A stretch of DNA of 64,000 nucleotides. Source: Bispira polyomma (taxonomy: Eukaryota). Below are positions 62,517 to 64,000 of this stretch, in pieces; the first letter of the stretch is position 1, and each line of letters begins with the position of its first letter. The notes below the pieces were generated by a model that was not told where the DNA came from, made no database searches, and saw nothing but the letters and a program-made list of their open reading frames with translations. Location: NCBI GenBank assembly GCA_965649765.1, contig OZ287750.1, forward strand, positions 82,460,001 to 82,524,000, in the 5' to 3' direction. A program made the translations under genes and the position numbers.

Positions 62517-64000
62517 TCTTCTACGTACATAGTTTGGCTAAATCTATAGCAACGAAACCAATTCCTAGCTTATTCCTACTAATTGTTATAAGCCATTATT
62601 AAGAGGTATTTGTTGCTGTCATACATGAAACTATAGCTCTATCAAAATGCATTTTCTCGTAGTTTTAAATAGTACGGTGTAGTTATAAAAGTCACGGTGA
62701 CAATTATATTTTCAAAATCCCATCCCTTAATTATCTCCCACGTGTCGCTATATATAAATGGTAAACAGAATTTAAGAATCTGAACTTATCGTACATGGGA
62801 ATAAGCGTCTGTGTTACTAGATTTAACATATCAATTTTATTTGTATCTTTCTTACTATGTATAAGCTAGCTAATGTTAAAAAATCTCTTTAATATAGAAA
62901 AGAAGGTAAACGTATTTCCCCATCTTTAAAATGTTAACCGGAAATGTTGAGATGTTACAATGACAGAATTTATAAAGTCATAATTTATATAAAAATACAC
63001 ACACATATGCAAATAGTGTGCACTTGGATAACAGGACATATCCTAAGACCACAATTATTCCACAACTGTGTAATGGCTAGAGGTTTTTTTTATTGAATTC
63101 AAGGAGTAAATATGAAAGCATGAATTTAGTTTTTAATAAAGATTAAATGAAACAGCTCTGTATAAATTAAGTATCATTTATTTTTGTGTGTTCAGGTTAG
63201 AATTAATATAGATAAACAAACTGTTTTTAGTTCTTGTACAACCAGTAGCTATATAATAATGCTTATACGGGGGTGTTTGATGTAAGAAAAGAAATATAGA
63301 TATACAAGAGAAGTATAATGTACGGGTGTACTGATTGTGTAGATTCAGTACACACGTATAATGTACTGGCACATCGGTAGAGGGAATTATAGCTAGTGGT
63401 ATTGTATCACTAAAAGTGGAAAATAAGGCCGTGCGGTTTTTAAAAAGGGCACAAATGCCAACCACATGTGTATTACTTGTGAAATTAATTTAATTGACTT
63501 AATTTGTACATATATGCTCAAAGAATTATAAGTATTGTAAATGTGTAAAAAAGTTAATTAAGTATATATATTTGAAAACAGCTAAACTGATTGTTGTATA
63601 CATTGAAGAGAACTACACATGGAAATGGAAATGATATACTACTGGAAGTAATATGTGTATATGACCAAAGATGTCGCAAATAGTTTATTTTTTCACAATA
63701 TATTATACACAGATGTCTGTTCTATATAAACTGTTGGGTTTTAAAAAATCGGAGCTGTTACACATTCATTTATAAATTTAAGACAAAAGCTACGAAGTAA
63801 AAAAAACAAAAAAAAACAACAATTTATTTACATTCTTTATTGTTTGTTTACACGTGTAGCTTAAAATTTTAATTGCAATAAGACAAATTCGTAATAATTT
63901 AATTTTTGGCGGTGACAATATTCTGAAGAATGAAAAATAGCCAGACACGTGTAATAAATATAGGCAAATACAATAATTTCAGTGACAAAAAGGGAGGCAG

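Overview
AT-rich, repeat-rich, intron-containing animal genomic DNA. The repeat families suggest a marine invertebrate such as a mollusc, but that is inference. There are three host-gene loci, all on the minus strand. (1) A 1.5-kb coding exon (12345-13845) of a membrane protein with a ~470-aa disordered N-terminus ending in a PMP22/claudin-like first TM helix. (2) An apparently intact 4-exon gene (17631-22069) encoding a 398-aa ninjurin-like protein. Its short alpha3-alpha4 loop is replaced by a ~180-aa Cys-rich plus coiled-coil insert; this is the most interesting item. (3) A tandem paralogue of that gene (32437-35353) that lacks exon 2 and has a 14-nt frameshifting deletion. A truncated PIF/Harbinger transposon sits at the junction of the two duplicated blocks. 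The right half is mostly transposon debris: L2, CR1 and Tx1/L1 fragments, plus a near-complete Ngaro-type tyrosine-recombinase retrotransposon (46784-53093) with split direct repeats, inserted without a TSD into a Tx1/L1 LINE. tRNA-derived SINEs, MITEs and microsatellites are scattered throughout. All alignments were done by eye; no database searches were run.
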